Shown here: positions 17,365 to 24,692 of the stretch, one piece after another
Numbering within the stretch: the first letter of the stretch is position 1
How the letters are laid out: the number at the start of each line of letters is the position of its first letter
DNA from: Coriobacteriaceae bacterium
GTDB lineage: Bacteria; Actinomycetota; Coriobacteriia; Coriobacteriales; Eggerthellaceae
Length of the DNA stretch: 45,237 bases
NCBI GenBank assembly: GCA_031256895.1
Contig: JAIRPR010000165.1
Coordinates: 1 to 45,237 of the forward strand
Reading direction: 5' to 3'
Translations under genes and position numbers: made by a program
The notes under the pieces: model-generated
What the model saw: the letters and a program-made list of their open reading frames with translations, nothing else
What the model was told of the DNA's origin: nothing
The model's database searches: none

Positions 17365-18948
17365 ATGTCTGGCTCAAACCCAAAGGCCGCGGTCAGCACG
17401 GCAGCGGTCAGCTCCGCAACTATCAGCACAGCAACGCTCAGCGCGGCAGCGGTGAACACCGCAGCGGTCAGCACGGCAACAACCGGCACAGCGGCAAGCG
17501 GCGGCCAGCTGGCAGGCACAGCGACCGGGAACCCAGCGATAGGCGCCTCCCCAGGCGCAGGGCATGAATATTTTGAGAAACGTCAGTTGAAGAGCGGCTC
17601 AGCCGGCTGGGTGCTTTTGGCTACCCTGGGGATTGCCAACGTCATCTCAGGCGATTTCTCGGGATGGAACCTTGGTCTGGCCCACGGGGGCTTTGGCGGC
17701 ATGGTGATCGGCTTCTTCCTGATGGGGCTTATGTATGTCTGCATGGTGCTCGGCTTGGCCGAGATGTCCTCAGCCTTGCCGACGGCAGGCGCCGGTTATG
17801 GCTTTGCCCGCCGGGCGCTCGGCAAGCTGGGCGGCTTTGTCACCGGCACGGCGATACTTCTGGAATACACCTTCTGCCCTGCTGCCATCTCCATCTTCAT
17901 TGCGGGCTATATCGAGGCTTTGGGCTTGTTCCCGGGACTCGACCCCGTTTGGGTATACGCCTTCTGCTTCGTCCTGTTCATATCGATACACCTGATAGGC
18001 ACCGGTGAGGCACTGAAGATAATGTTCGCCATCACTGCGGTGGCGGTGGTCGCGCTGCTGGTGTTCGTCTTCGGTATGCTTCCGCACTTCAATGCAGCCA
18101 ATCTGGTCGATATGACGCCTGCTGCTGGCGGTTCCGCGCTCTTTCCCGCGGGATTCAACGGGGTCTTGGCAGCCTTGCCCTTCGCCATATGGTTCTTCAT
18201 CGCGGTCGAAGGGGTGCCGCTTGCAGCTGAGGAAGCCAAGGATCCCAAGAAGGACCTTCCGCGAGGCATAATCGTGGGGGTCAGCGTGTTGGCTTTGACA
18301 GGCCTCAGCGTGCTCTTGCTGGCACCTGGCGGTGCCGGTGCCGCTGCGATGGGCGAATCAGGTGCGCCCCTGGTCGATGCCCTGAATGCGGTGGGTGCCG
18401 GTGGTTTGGCGGTCTTTGTGAACTATGCCGGCCTGGCGGGGCTGTTCGCTTCCTTCTTCGGCGTGGTCTTTGCGTATTCCCGCCAACTGTTCGCCCTTTC
18501 CCGGGCGGGGTACCTTCCGCGCTTCCTTTCCGTCACCAACAAGCGTAAGACCCCCACGCTTGCCCTGGTGGTGCCTGGTTGCATCGGGCTTGCCCTGGCG
18601 GGGATCCTGCGAAACGGCGACCTGCTGATCGATGTCGCGGTCTTTTCAGCGGCAATCTCGTATGTGCTGATGAACATATCCCATATCGTCCTGCGCGTCA
18701 AAGAGCCAGGCATGGCACGTGGGTACCGCACCCCGGGCGGCATCGTGACGACCTCGCTGGCCTTGGTGCTTTCGGTGGTGGCGTTGGTCTCGACCTTCTT
18801 TGTGGACCTGTTCGCGGCTGGCTGTGTCGCCGTGCTGCTGCTGGCCTTCATCGCCTACTTCCTGCTGTACAGCAAAGGCCGGTTGGTCGCCAAGGCGCCT
18901 GAAGAGGAATTCGCTCTGCTTGCAGCTGCCGAAGAAGAGCTGCGCTGA
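17365..18948 (+). CDS. APC-superfamily amino acid permease, ethanolamine-permease-like
   Basis: Start placed at ATG 17365 (GAGGAAG upstream). About 12 hydrophobic helices. LKSGSAGWVLLATLGIANVISGDFSGWNLGLAHGGFGG resembles the ISGxxFGWN block of ethanolamine permeases (Eat/TIGR00908-type, from my recollection). The N-terminal 15-nt (AAVST-like) repeat x7 spans 17386-17490. Confidence 0.85.
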   Translation: MSGSNPKAAVSTAAVSSATISTATLSAAAVNTAAVSTATTGTAASGGQLAGTATGNPAIGASPGAGHEYFEKRQLKSGSAGWVLLATLGIANVISGDFSGWNLGLAHGGFGGMVIGFFLMGLMYVCMVLGLAEMSSALPTAGAGYGFARRALGKLGGFVTGTAILLEYTFCPAAISIFIAGYIEALGLFPGLDPVWVYAFCFVLFISIHLIGTGEALKIMFAITAVAVVALLVFVFGMLPHFNAANLVDMTPAAGGSALFPAGFNGVLAALPFAIWFFIAVEGVPLAAEEAKDPKKDLPRGIIVGVSVLALTGLSVLLLAPGGAGAAAMGESGAPLVDALNAVGAGGLAVFVNYAGLAGLFASFFGVVFAYSRQLFALSRAGYLPRFLSVTNKRKTPTLALVVPGCIGLALAGILRNGDLLIDVAVFSAAISYVLMNISHIVLRVKEPGMARGYRTPGGIVTTSLALVLSVVALVSTFFVDLFAAGCVAVLLLAFIAYFLLYSKGRLVAKAPEEEFALLAAAEEELR

Positions 18949-18972
18949 GCGCCAGGCAGATAGGACCCCATC

Positions 18973-20307
18973 ATGACATCGACATCAACCATCATGGACT
19001 CGAACAGCTTCAAGGCCAAGGACTTGGCTAGCCTTGACAAGGCAACCGCGGCCTTGGTCGCCCGCCGCGAGGTGCTTGGCCCGAGCTATCGGCTCTTCTA
19101 CCAGAAACCCCTGCATTTCGTGCGCGGCAAGGGCACCCGCCTTTACACGGCGGACGGCGAAGAGTACCTGGACGCCTACAACAACATCCCCTCGCTGGGG
19201 CATAGCCACCCCAAGGTGGCACAGGCTGTCTCGCAGCAATTAGGGCTCATAAACACCCATACCCGCTATCTGCATGAGGGCATACTGGATTATGCCGAAG
19301 ACCTGCTTTCCACCCTGCCCGGCGCCATCGACCGCATCATGTTCCTGCTCTCGGGTTCTGAGGCCAACGACCTGGCTGTGCGCATAGCCAAGGCAGCTTC
19401 TGGCAGCACGGGGATACTGGTCACCCAAGAGGCGTATCATGGCAATACCGACCTTATTGCCAAGCTCTCACCGGCCATCGGCGCTGACCAGCCGATGGCG
19501 GTTGATATGCGCATGATACCCACCCCTGACACCTATCGGCTTGGCACGGGCGATATCGGCCAATGGATGGCAGGGTGCGTCAAAGAACAGATTGACGACC
19601 TGCGCCGTCACGGTATCGGCTTTGCAGGCATCCTGCTGGATTCCATCTTCTCTTCCGATGGGGTCTTTCCTGATGATGCCGGTTTCTTGAGGCCCGTCAT
19701 AGACCTCGTTCACGAAGAAGGGGGCTTCTATATCGCCGATGAGGTGCAACCCGGCTTCGCACGCACCGGCGAGGCGTTCTGGGGCTTTGAGCGGCATGGC
19801 ATCGTGCCTGATATCGTCACCATGGGAAAACCCATGGCAAATGGGATCGCCTGTTCAGGCGTTGCAACGAAGGCAGAGGTCCTCTCAGCATTCGCCGAAG
19901 GCTCCCCTTACTTCAACACCTTTGCGGGCAGCCCGGTGGCAATGGCTGCGGCTTCGGCTACTCTGGCCGCCATCCGCGAAGACGGCCTGCAGGAAAACGC
20001 GAAAGCGATAGGCAGCAGCCTCAAGGAAGGCCTCCAGGAACTGGCAAGGAGCTTCCCGGAGCTGGGCGACGTGCGAGGGGCAGGGCTTTTCTTGGGGCTC
20101 GAGATCGTGGTTCCGGGAAGCACCAGGCCAGACCATGCGACAGCGGTCAAGCTCATCGAAGAGATGCGCGAAAGGCACGTGCTGGTATCCTTGTGTGGGC
20201 CTGCGGGCAATGTGGTGAAGGTACGACCGCCGCTCGCCTTCTCGAACAGCGATAAGGACCTGTTCTTGTCGGCCTTTGAAGGATCGCTGAAAGCCTTGGG
20301 TGCGTGA
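18973..20307 (+). CDS. Class-III PLP-dependent aminotransferase-fold enzyme (possible amino-alcohol-phosphate phospho-lyase)
   Basis: GSEANDLAVRIAK, DEVQPGFARTGEAFWGFERHGIVPDIVTMGKPMANG (PLP lysine in TMGKP) and a full-length class-III layout. Confidence 0.9.
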   Translation: MTSTSTIMDSNSFKAKDLASLDKATAALVARREVLGPSYRLFYQKPLHFVRGKGTRLYTADGEEYLDAYNNIPSLGHSHPKVAQAVSQQLGLINTHTRYLHEGILDYAEDLLSTLPGAIDRIMFLLSGSEANDLAVRIAKAASGSTGILVTQEAYHGNTDLIAKLSPAIGADQPMAVDMRMIPTPDTYRLGTGDIGQWMAGCVKEQIDDLRRHGIGFAGILLDSIFSSDGVFPDDAGFLRPVIDLVHEEGGFYIADEVQPGFARTGEAFWGFERHGIVPDIVTMGKPMANGIACSGVATKAEVLSAFAEGSPYFNTFAGSPVAMAAASATLAAIREDGLQENAKAIGSSLKEGLQELARSFPELGDVRGAGLFLGLEIVVPGSTRPDHATAVKLIEEMRERHVLVSLCGPAGNVVKVRPPLAFSNSDKDLFLSAFEGSLKALGA

Positions 20308-20366
20308 GCTGCGCAAGAGTGCGCTTTGATGATGATTGCCGTTTACGGCCAAAGAAGGGAGAAAGA

Positions 20367-21368
20367 ATGGGAACGAATTTCGAGAACATCGAGCTCTTCG
20401 ACAGAATAGCCTTGCAGGCCACCAAGCTCTATGACTTTGGGCCACAAGCCCAGGCCAGGCTTCTCGTATTGTCGGAAAATGCGACCTATCTGGTGAGCGA
20501 CCCGGTTTCAGGGGACAAGTTGGGCGTTTTGCGCATAGGTCGTCCGGGCTACCATACCTTGGAGGAATACCAAAGCGAGATAGCCTGGCTGCGCCAGATA
20601 AACGATTACACGCCCCTCATAGTGGCCAACCCCATCCCCGCCTCGGACGGCTCATATATCCAGCAGGTGGATGATGGCGCCGGCAACAGCTTCGTCTGCA
20701 TCGTCACGGAGTTCCTGGAGGGGAACGCCCCCGACGAGGAAGACCTTGAACATGTGGTGGACCAGTTCCGGCTTTTGGGGCAGACGACCGCGTACCTGCA
20801 GCGACAGACGACCATCTGGAACAAGACGAAGGACCTCAGCCGCTGGCACTGGGATTTCGAGCATGTGATAGGCGAGAACGCGGTTTGGGGGCGTTGGCAG
20901 GATTTCCCGGGCATCACCCCAGAAGAAGAGGCCCAGCTTGGCGCCTGTGCCGCCATCATCAAACGGCGCCTTGAGCGATACGGGGTCACGCCCGACAATT
21001 ACGGTTTGATCCATGCAGACCTGAGGCAAGCGAACATCCTGGTCGATGGCGATCAGATCAAGGTCATCGATTTCGACGACTGCGGCTTCGGGTGGCATGT
21101 GCAAGACCTTGCGAGCGCCATTTCGTTCATAGAGCACAAAGAGATAGTGCCCGACCTGGTGAATGCCTGGATTGAAGGTTACCGCAAGGTACTTCCGTTC
21201 ACCGATACAGATTTCATGGAAATAGACACCTTTATTATGATGCGACGGATGCAGCTGACCGCTTGGTTGGCAAGCCACATGGATTCCGACCCGGTGAAAG
21301 AACTGTCGATCGGCTGGATGGAGGGCACCATGGGGCTTGCCCTGAGGTTCCTGCGGCTCTTCGGCTAA
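20367..21368 (+). CDS. Phosphotransferase of the APH/choline-ethanolamine/homoserine-kinase-II fold
   Basis: Start placed at ATG 20367 (AAGGGAG upstream). Brenner/catalytic block LIHADLRQANILVDGDQIKVIDFDDCGFG. The N-terminal LSENATYLV nucleotide-lobe pattern is present. Confidence 0.85.
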   Translation: MGTNFENIELFDRIALQATKLYDFGPQAQARLLVLSENATYLVSDPVSGDKLGVLRIGRPGYHTLEEYQSEIAWLRQINDYTPLIVANPIPASDGSYIQQVDDGAGNSFVCIVTEFLEGNAPDEEDLEHVVDQFRLLGQTTAYLQRQTTIWNKTKDLSRWHWDFEHVIGENAVWGRWQDFPGITPEEEAQLGACAAIIKRRLERYGVTPDNYGLIHADLRQANILVDGDQIKVIDFDDCGFGWHVQDLASAISFIEHKEIVPDLVNAWIEGYRKVLPFTDTDFMEIDTFIMMRRMQLTAWLASHMDSDPVKELSIGWMEGTMGLALRFLRLFG

Positions 21369-21545
21369 GGCAGCGCCCAAGGCAGGCAAGAAGTCAGCGC
21401 CAAGGCAGCGACTAAGACAGGCAAGAAGTCAGCGGTCAAGGCAGCGACTAAGACAGACGAGAAGTCAGCGGTCAAGGCAGCGCCAAGGCAGCGCCCAAGA
21501 CAGGCGAGAAGTCAGCGGCCAAGGCAGCGCCCAAGAAAAGACAAG
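21367..21545. repeat. 36-nt tandem repeat array (about 5 copies) between the kinase stop and the PII start
   Basis: AAGGCAGCGmCyAAGrCAGrCrAGAAGTCAGCGgyC units start at 21367, 21402, 21438, (partial) 21474, 21485 and 21521. The last degenerate unit supplies the AAGGAG SD of the PII gene. The units are contiguous, with no unique spacers. Confidence 0.85.
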
Positions 21546-21560
21546 AAGGAGATATTCCTC

Positions 21561-21902
21561 ATGAAAGAGATAGAGTTCATCATCAACGCAGAGAAGCTTG
21601 AACGGCTGAAAAGGATACTCGACTCCCATGGCAAGACAGGGGTCACCATCGATTTCGTGATGGGCTACGGGCATCAGCGTGGTTTGAAGCAGGTGTACAC
21701 CCGTGAAGAGAACCCTGGGATCAACCTGCTTCCCAAGGTCAGCGTACGCAGTGTCGTGGCCGATGAGACGGTTGACCCCCTGATAGACGATGTCGTCGAA
21801 CAGTTGGGGAGCGCCTCTTTCGGTGATGGGAAGATATTCGTGCGCGACGTGGCCAACGCAATCCGTATCAGGACCAACGAAAGAGGCGATAGCGCCCTCT
21901 AG
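21561..21902 (+). CDS. P-II family nitrogen-regulator-like signal protein
   Basis: 113-aa ORF with the PII beta-alpha-beta layout (MKEIEFIINAEKLERLKRIL...GVTIDFVMGYGHQRG...VRSVVADETVD..I......GDGKIFV..V...IRIRT). AAGGAG SD is present. No amtB or glnA gene is adjacent. Confidence 0.8.
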   Translation: MKEIEFIINAEKLERLKRILDSHGKTGVTIDFVMGYGHQRGLKQVYTREENPGINLLPKVSVRSVVADETVDPLIDDVVEQLGSASFGDGKIFVRDVANAIRIRTNERGDSAL

Positions 21903-21970
21903 CCTGTTCCTCTGCCGCAGAGACCTCAGTAAAGCCCTCTCGCCTGTTCCTCTGCCGCAAAGACCTCAGT
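21894..21970. repeat. 40-bp tandem duplication of the PII 3' end, including its stop codon
   Basis: GCCCTCTAGCCTGTTCCTCTGCCGCAGAGACCTCAGT (21894-21930) is repeated as GCCCTCTCGCCTGTTCCTCTGCCGCAAAGACCTCAGT (21934-21970). TAG becomes TCG in the copy. Confidence 0.85.
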
Positions 21971-21978
21971 TTGGCAGG

Positions 21979-23118
21979 CTATTCCTGGGCAAGCTTCTCC
22001 ATGAAGGCGGACACCCGGGAAAGGCCTTCTTCAAGTTCTGAGGTGTCTTCTGCGAAGCAGTAGCCTATGCGCAGCCAGCCTTCCCTGTCCATGACGGCTC
22101 CCGGCAACAACATGACGCCGGTCTCGTGCTGGAGCCGGCTACAGAAGGTCTTGGAATCGATGGCAAGGTCGTATTTCAGGAAGGCAGTGGTGCCGGCCTG
22201 GGGCTTCACATAACTGATGTGCGGTTCTTCTGCGACCCACGCATCAAGGACAGCCGCGTTGTCGGCGATTATCTTCAGGCTGCGCCGCAACAGGGCTTCC
22301 TTGTTCTGCAGGGCGATGGCAGCCAAGCGGTCATCAATGAGGCCGCAGCTGATGGTGTTGTAATCGCGGTGCCGGTTGACCGCCTCGATCAGGTCGCGGG
22401 GGGCGGCTATCCAGCCTAGGCGCAGGCCGGCAAGGGAAAACGCCTTCGAGAAGCTGCCGGTGCTGATGCCCTTCTCGTACAGGTCGAACATGCCGGGAGC
22501 GAAGTTCTCGCCATATTCGGTGTGGTTGAGCCCCCTATAGGCCTCGTCGCAAAGCACATAGGCGCCGCACGTGCGGGCGATTTCGACCACCTGCTCAAGG
22601 AAGGCGCGGCCCATGAGGGCGCCGGTCGGGTTGTTGGGGTTGTTTATGCAGATGAGCGAGGTGTTCTCATTCACGTATGAACGCATCTCGTCAAGGTCGG
22701 GCAGAAAGCCGTTCTCGGGCAGAAGCGGGCATATCCTCACTTCGGCACCAAGCGACTCAGGGATGGAATAAAGCTGTTGGTAGGTGGGAAGCACGCTGAC
22801 AACACGGTCGCCAGGGTTCACGATGCTATTGATGACCAGGTTGTTCGCACCGATGGCCCCATGAGTGGTCACGATGTTCGCAGGCTGGGCGGACTCATAG
22901 AGCTTTGCCAGCTCGCCCCGTAAAAGCTCAGAGCCTTCTATGGCACCATAGGTCAATTGGATGTCGAGCAGGCTTTCCCAGGTGGCTTGGGGGTTGTCGG
23001 TCATCTCCATTATCTCGCGCACGGTGAAGGGTTTGACGCAGGTCTCTGCAAGGTTTATCTCGCAATCGTTCTCGTATTCGTTCATCCACATCTCGACGCC
23101 GAAATCACGTATATACAT
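21979..23118 (-). CDS. Class I/II PLP-dependent aminotransferase
   Basis: 379 aa. NPNNPTG block and PLP-lysine block SFSKAFSLAGLRLGW. AAGGAG SD is present. Lies 20 nt downstream of the cyclodeaminase gene. Confidence 0.9.
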   Translation of the reverse strand: MYIRDFGVEMWMNEYENDCEINLAETCVKPFTVREIMEMTDNPQATWESLLDIQLTYGAIEGSELLRGELAKLYESAQPANIVTTHGAIGANNLVINSIVNPGDRVVSVLPTYQQLYSIPESLGAEVRICPLLPENGFLPDLDEMRSYVNENTSLICINNPNNPTGALMGRAFLEQVVEIARTCGAYVLCDEAYRGLNHTEYGENFAPGMFDLYEKGISTGSFSKAFSLAGLRLGWIAAPRDLIEAVNRHRDYNTISCGLIDDRLAAIALQNKEALLRRSLKIIADNAAVLDAWVAEEPHISYVKPQAGTTAFLKYDLAIDSKTFCSRLQHETGVMLLPGAVMDREGWLRIGYCFAEDTSELEEGLSRVSAFMEKLAQE

Positions 23119-23138
23119 AAGGTTCTCCTTTTCTGTTC

Positions 23139-24263
23139 TTAGAGTGCGGCCACGACGCCAAGCCCTGCAGCTTCGGCAGCATCAAAGGCGGCGCGTGCCG
23201 CGGCCAGGTCCTGTAAGGCTATGCCGGTGCTGTCGAACACCGTGATGTCTTCGGGGCTGGTGCGTCCTTGCACGGGGGCGCCGTCTCCCGGGGTTGCCCC
23301 CTCGGCCGACCCTTCGGCCGACCCGCACGTGCCGCTTTCTTGGGCAAGCTTTTCTTCCGCACAGCGGGGCATTATCATGCCGATTTCCCCTATGATGTCT
23401 TCTGCGCTTATGAAGCCTGCCTTCACGGCAAGCTCTATTTCCCCGACTTCAAGGCATTGGGGCAGGTCATCAACGAACACCCGGGACCTTGCAAGGATGC
23501 GCGGGTCGAGCTCTTGCTTGCCGGGCATGTCTGAGCCGACACAGCTGAAATGGGTTCCCGGCTGTACCCAGCCATCATCTATCAAGGGCTCCCGGGCAGG
23601 CGTCGCCGTGGTGATGATGTCGCTGGTGCGCACCGCTTCTTCAAGATCGCGCACCGCAAGTATCTCAAGATGCCCGGGCAGTTCCATGCCGATCGCCCCA
23701 GGAGCTTCCTGCGCAAGGGTCGCCGCCCGTTTCACCGCGTTCCCGAAATCCAGGGGGTCGCAGATCATCACTTGTTTCAGCTGGGGAAAGGCACACGCCA
23801 TAGCCCCCACCTGGAAGACGCATTGATGCCCTGCCCCCACGATAAGGAAGCGCTCGCTTTCCGGGCGCGCAAGGTGCAATGCCCCAATGGCCGCCGCAGC
23901 GCCGGTGCGCAATCCCGTCAGGTGGGTCCCTTCCATGAGTGCGAGCGGCGCCCCGGTGGCATCATCGGCCAACAGGATAGTCCCGTATAAGACGGGCAGC
24001 CCTGATGCAGCGTTCGGTGCAAAGAAGGATACCAGCTTGAGGCCGAAAAGGCCGGCTGGCGCCAGATGGCCGGATTTGATGTCCATGTCGGCAACACCCG
24101 GCGTGAACTCGTGGAACACAAGAGGGAAAGTAGCAGTCCTACCCTGCGCTTTCCAGAGATAGGCTTCTTGGACGCGCTCTATCACCTGTTGGGGTGTGAG
24201 CACCGAAGCGATGTCCGCGCCGCTCAAGACGCGGATGGCGGCGTTCTCGCCGCCCCTTAACAT
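23139..24263 (-). CDS. Ornithine cyclodeaminase / mu-crystallin family protein
   Basis: Start placed at ATG 24263 (MLRGGENAAIRVLSGADI...); the track ORF adds 64 non-homologous codons. Rossmann block LIVGAGHQCVFQ and the family-typical GTHFSCVGSDMPGKQELD are present. Contains a low-complexity Gly/Ser/Ala/Glu insertion near the C-terminus. Confidence 0.82.
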   Translation of the reverse strand: MLRGGENAAIRVLSGADIASVLTPQQVIERVQEAYLWKAQGRTATFPLVFHEFTPGVADMDIKSGHLAPAGLFGLKLVSFFAPNAASGLPVLYGTILLADDATGAPLALMEGTHLTGLRTGAAAAIGALHLARPESERFLIVGAGHQCVFQVGAMACAFPQLKQVMICDPLDFGNAVKRAATLAQEAPGAIGMELPGHLEILAVRDLEEAVRTSDIITTATPAREPLIDDGWVQPGTHFSCVGSDMPGKQELDPRILARSRVFVDDLPQCLEVGEIELAVKAGFISAEDIIGEIGMIMPRCAEEKLAQESGTCGSAEGSAEGATPGDGAPVQGRTSPEDITVFDSTGIALQDLAAARAAFDAAEAAGLGVVAAL

Positions 24264-24692
24264 ACTTGTTCTGACCTCATTCCGATTTCCTTTCTTTCGT
24301 TTGTGTGCGCCCTGAAAAGGCACACGAGGTAAAACCGTTTTCCGTTCACGCCCGGACCGTCTTGCCTTTTGGATGAACCCAAGCGCTTGCCTTGTGCCTT
24401 GGACTTCCGGACACCTTTGATTCCAGAAGAAGCCCCAAAGGCCAACAGCGTGCACCGGTGTTGCGCAACAAGCCGGGGTGTGAACGCTAACATTATGCCT
24501 TAAGCCTTGCGTCCTTGTAAAGCCATCCCCCTTGACAAATCAGGGAAGCACAGATACCGTGGTTGTTGTTCGCTGGCCAACCCGTGTCAGGCGGCTCGCA
24601 GTAAAAGGCATCTTAACCCAACCGCCGAGAACCATCGGGGAACAGAAGGGATATATGAAAGAAGATTCCGAACAGCACCGTCTTAGAGGAAT

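Noticed and set aside
17064-17567. 167-aa plus-strand ORF, and the 37-codon upstream extension of the permease ORF (17254).
   Set aside because: They run through the G-rich repeat spacer and lack an SD. The permease has a good SD-ATG at 17365, after which the hydrophobic protein begins.
21367-21545. The 36-nt repeat array might have been a small CRISPR array. The 26-39-nt repeats with about 45-nt gaps at 14554-14742, 16059-16234 and 24771-24875 raised the same question.
   Set aside because: The 36-nt units are contiguous, with no unique spacers. The other sets have only 2-3 copies, differ in sequence between loci, are copies of adjacent gene ends, and have no cas genes nearby.
20652-24162. 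Antisense and alternative-frame ORFs within the kinase, aminotransferase and cyclodeaminase genes (for example 20652-21389 -, 23221-23826 +).
   Set aside because: They overlap frames that contain the catalytic or PLP motifs, and they have no independent signals.
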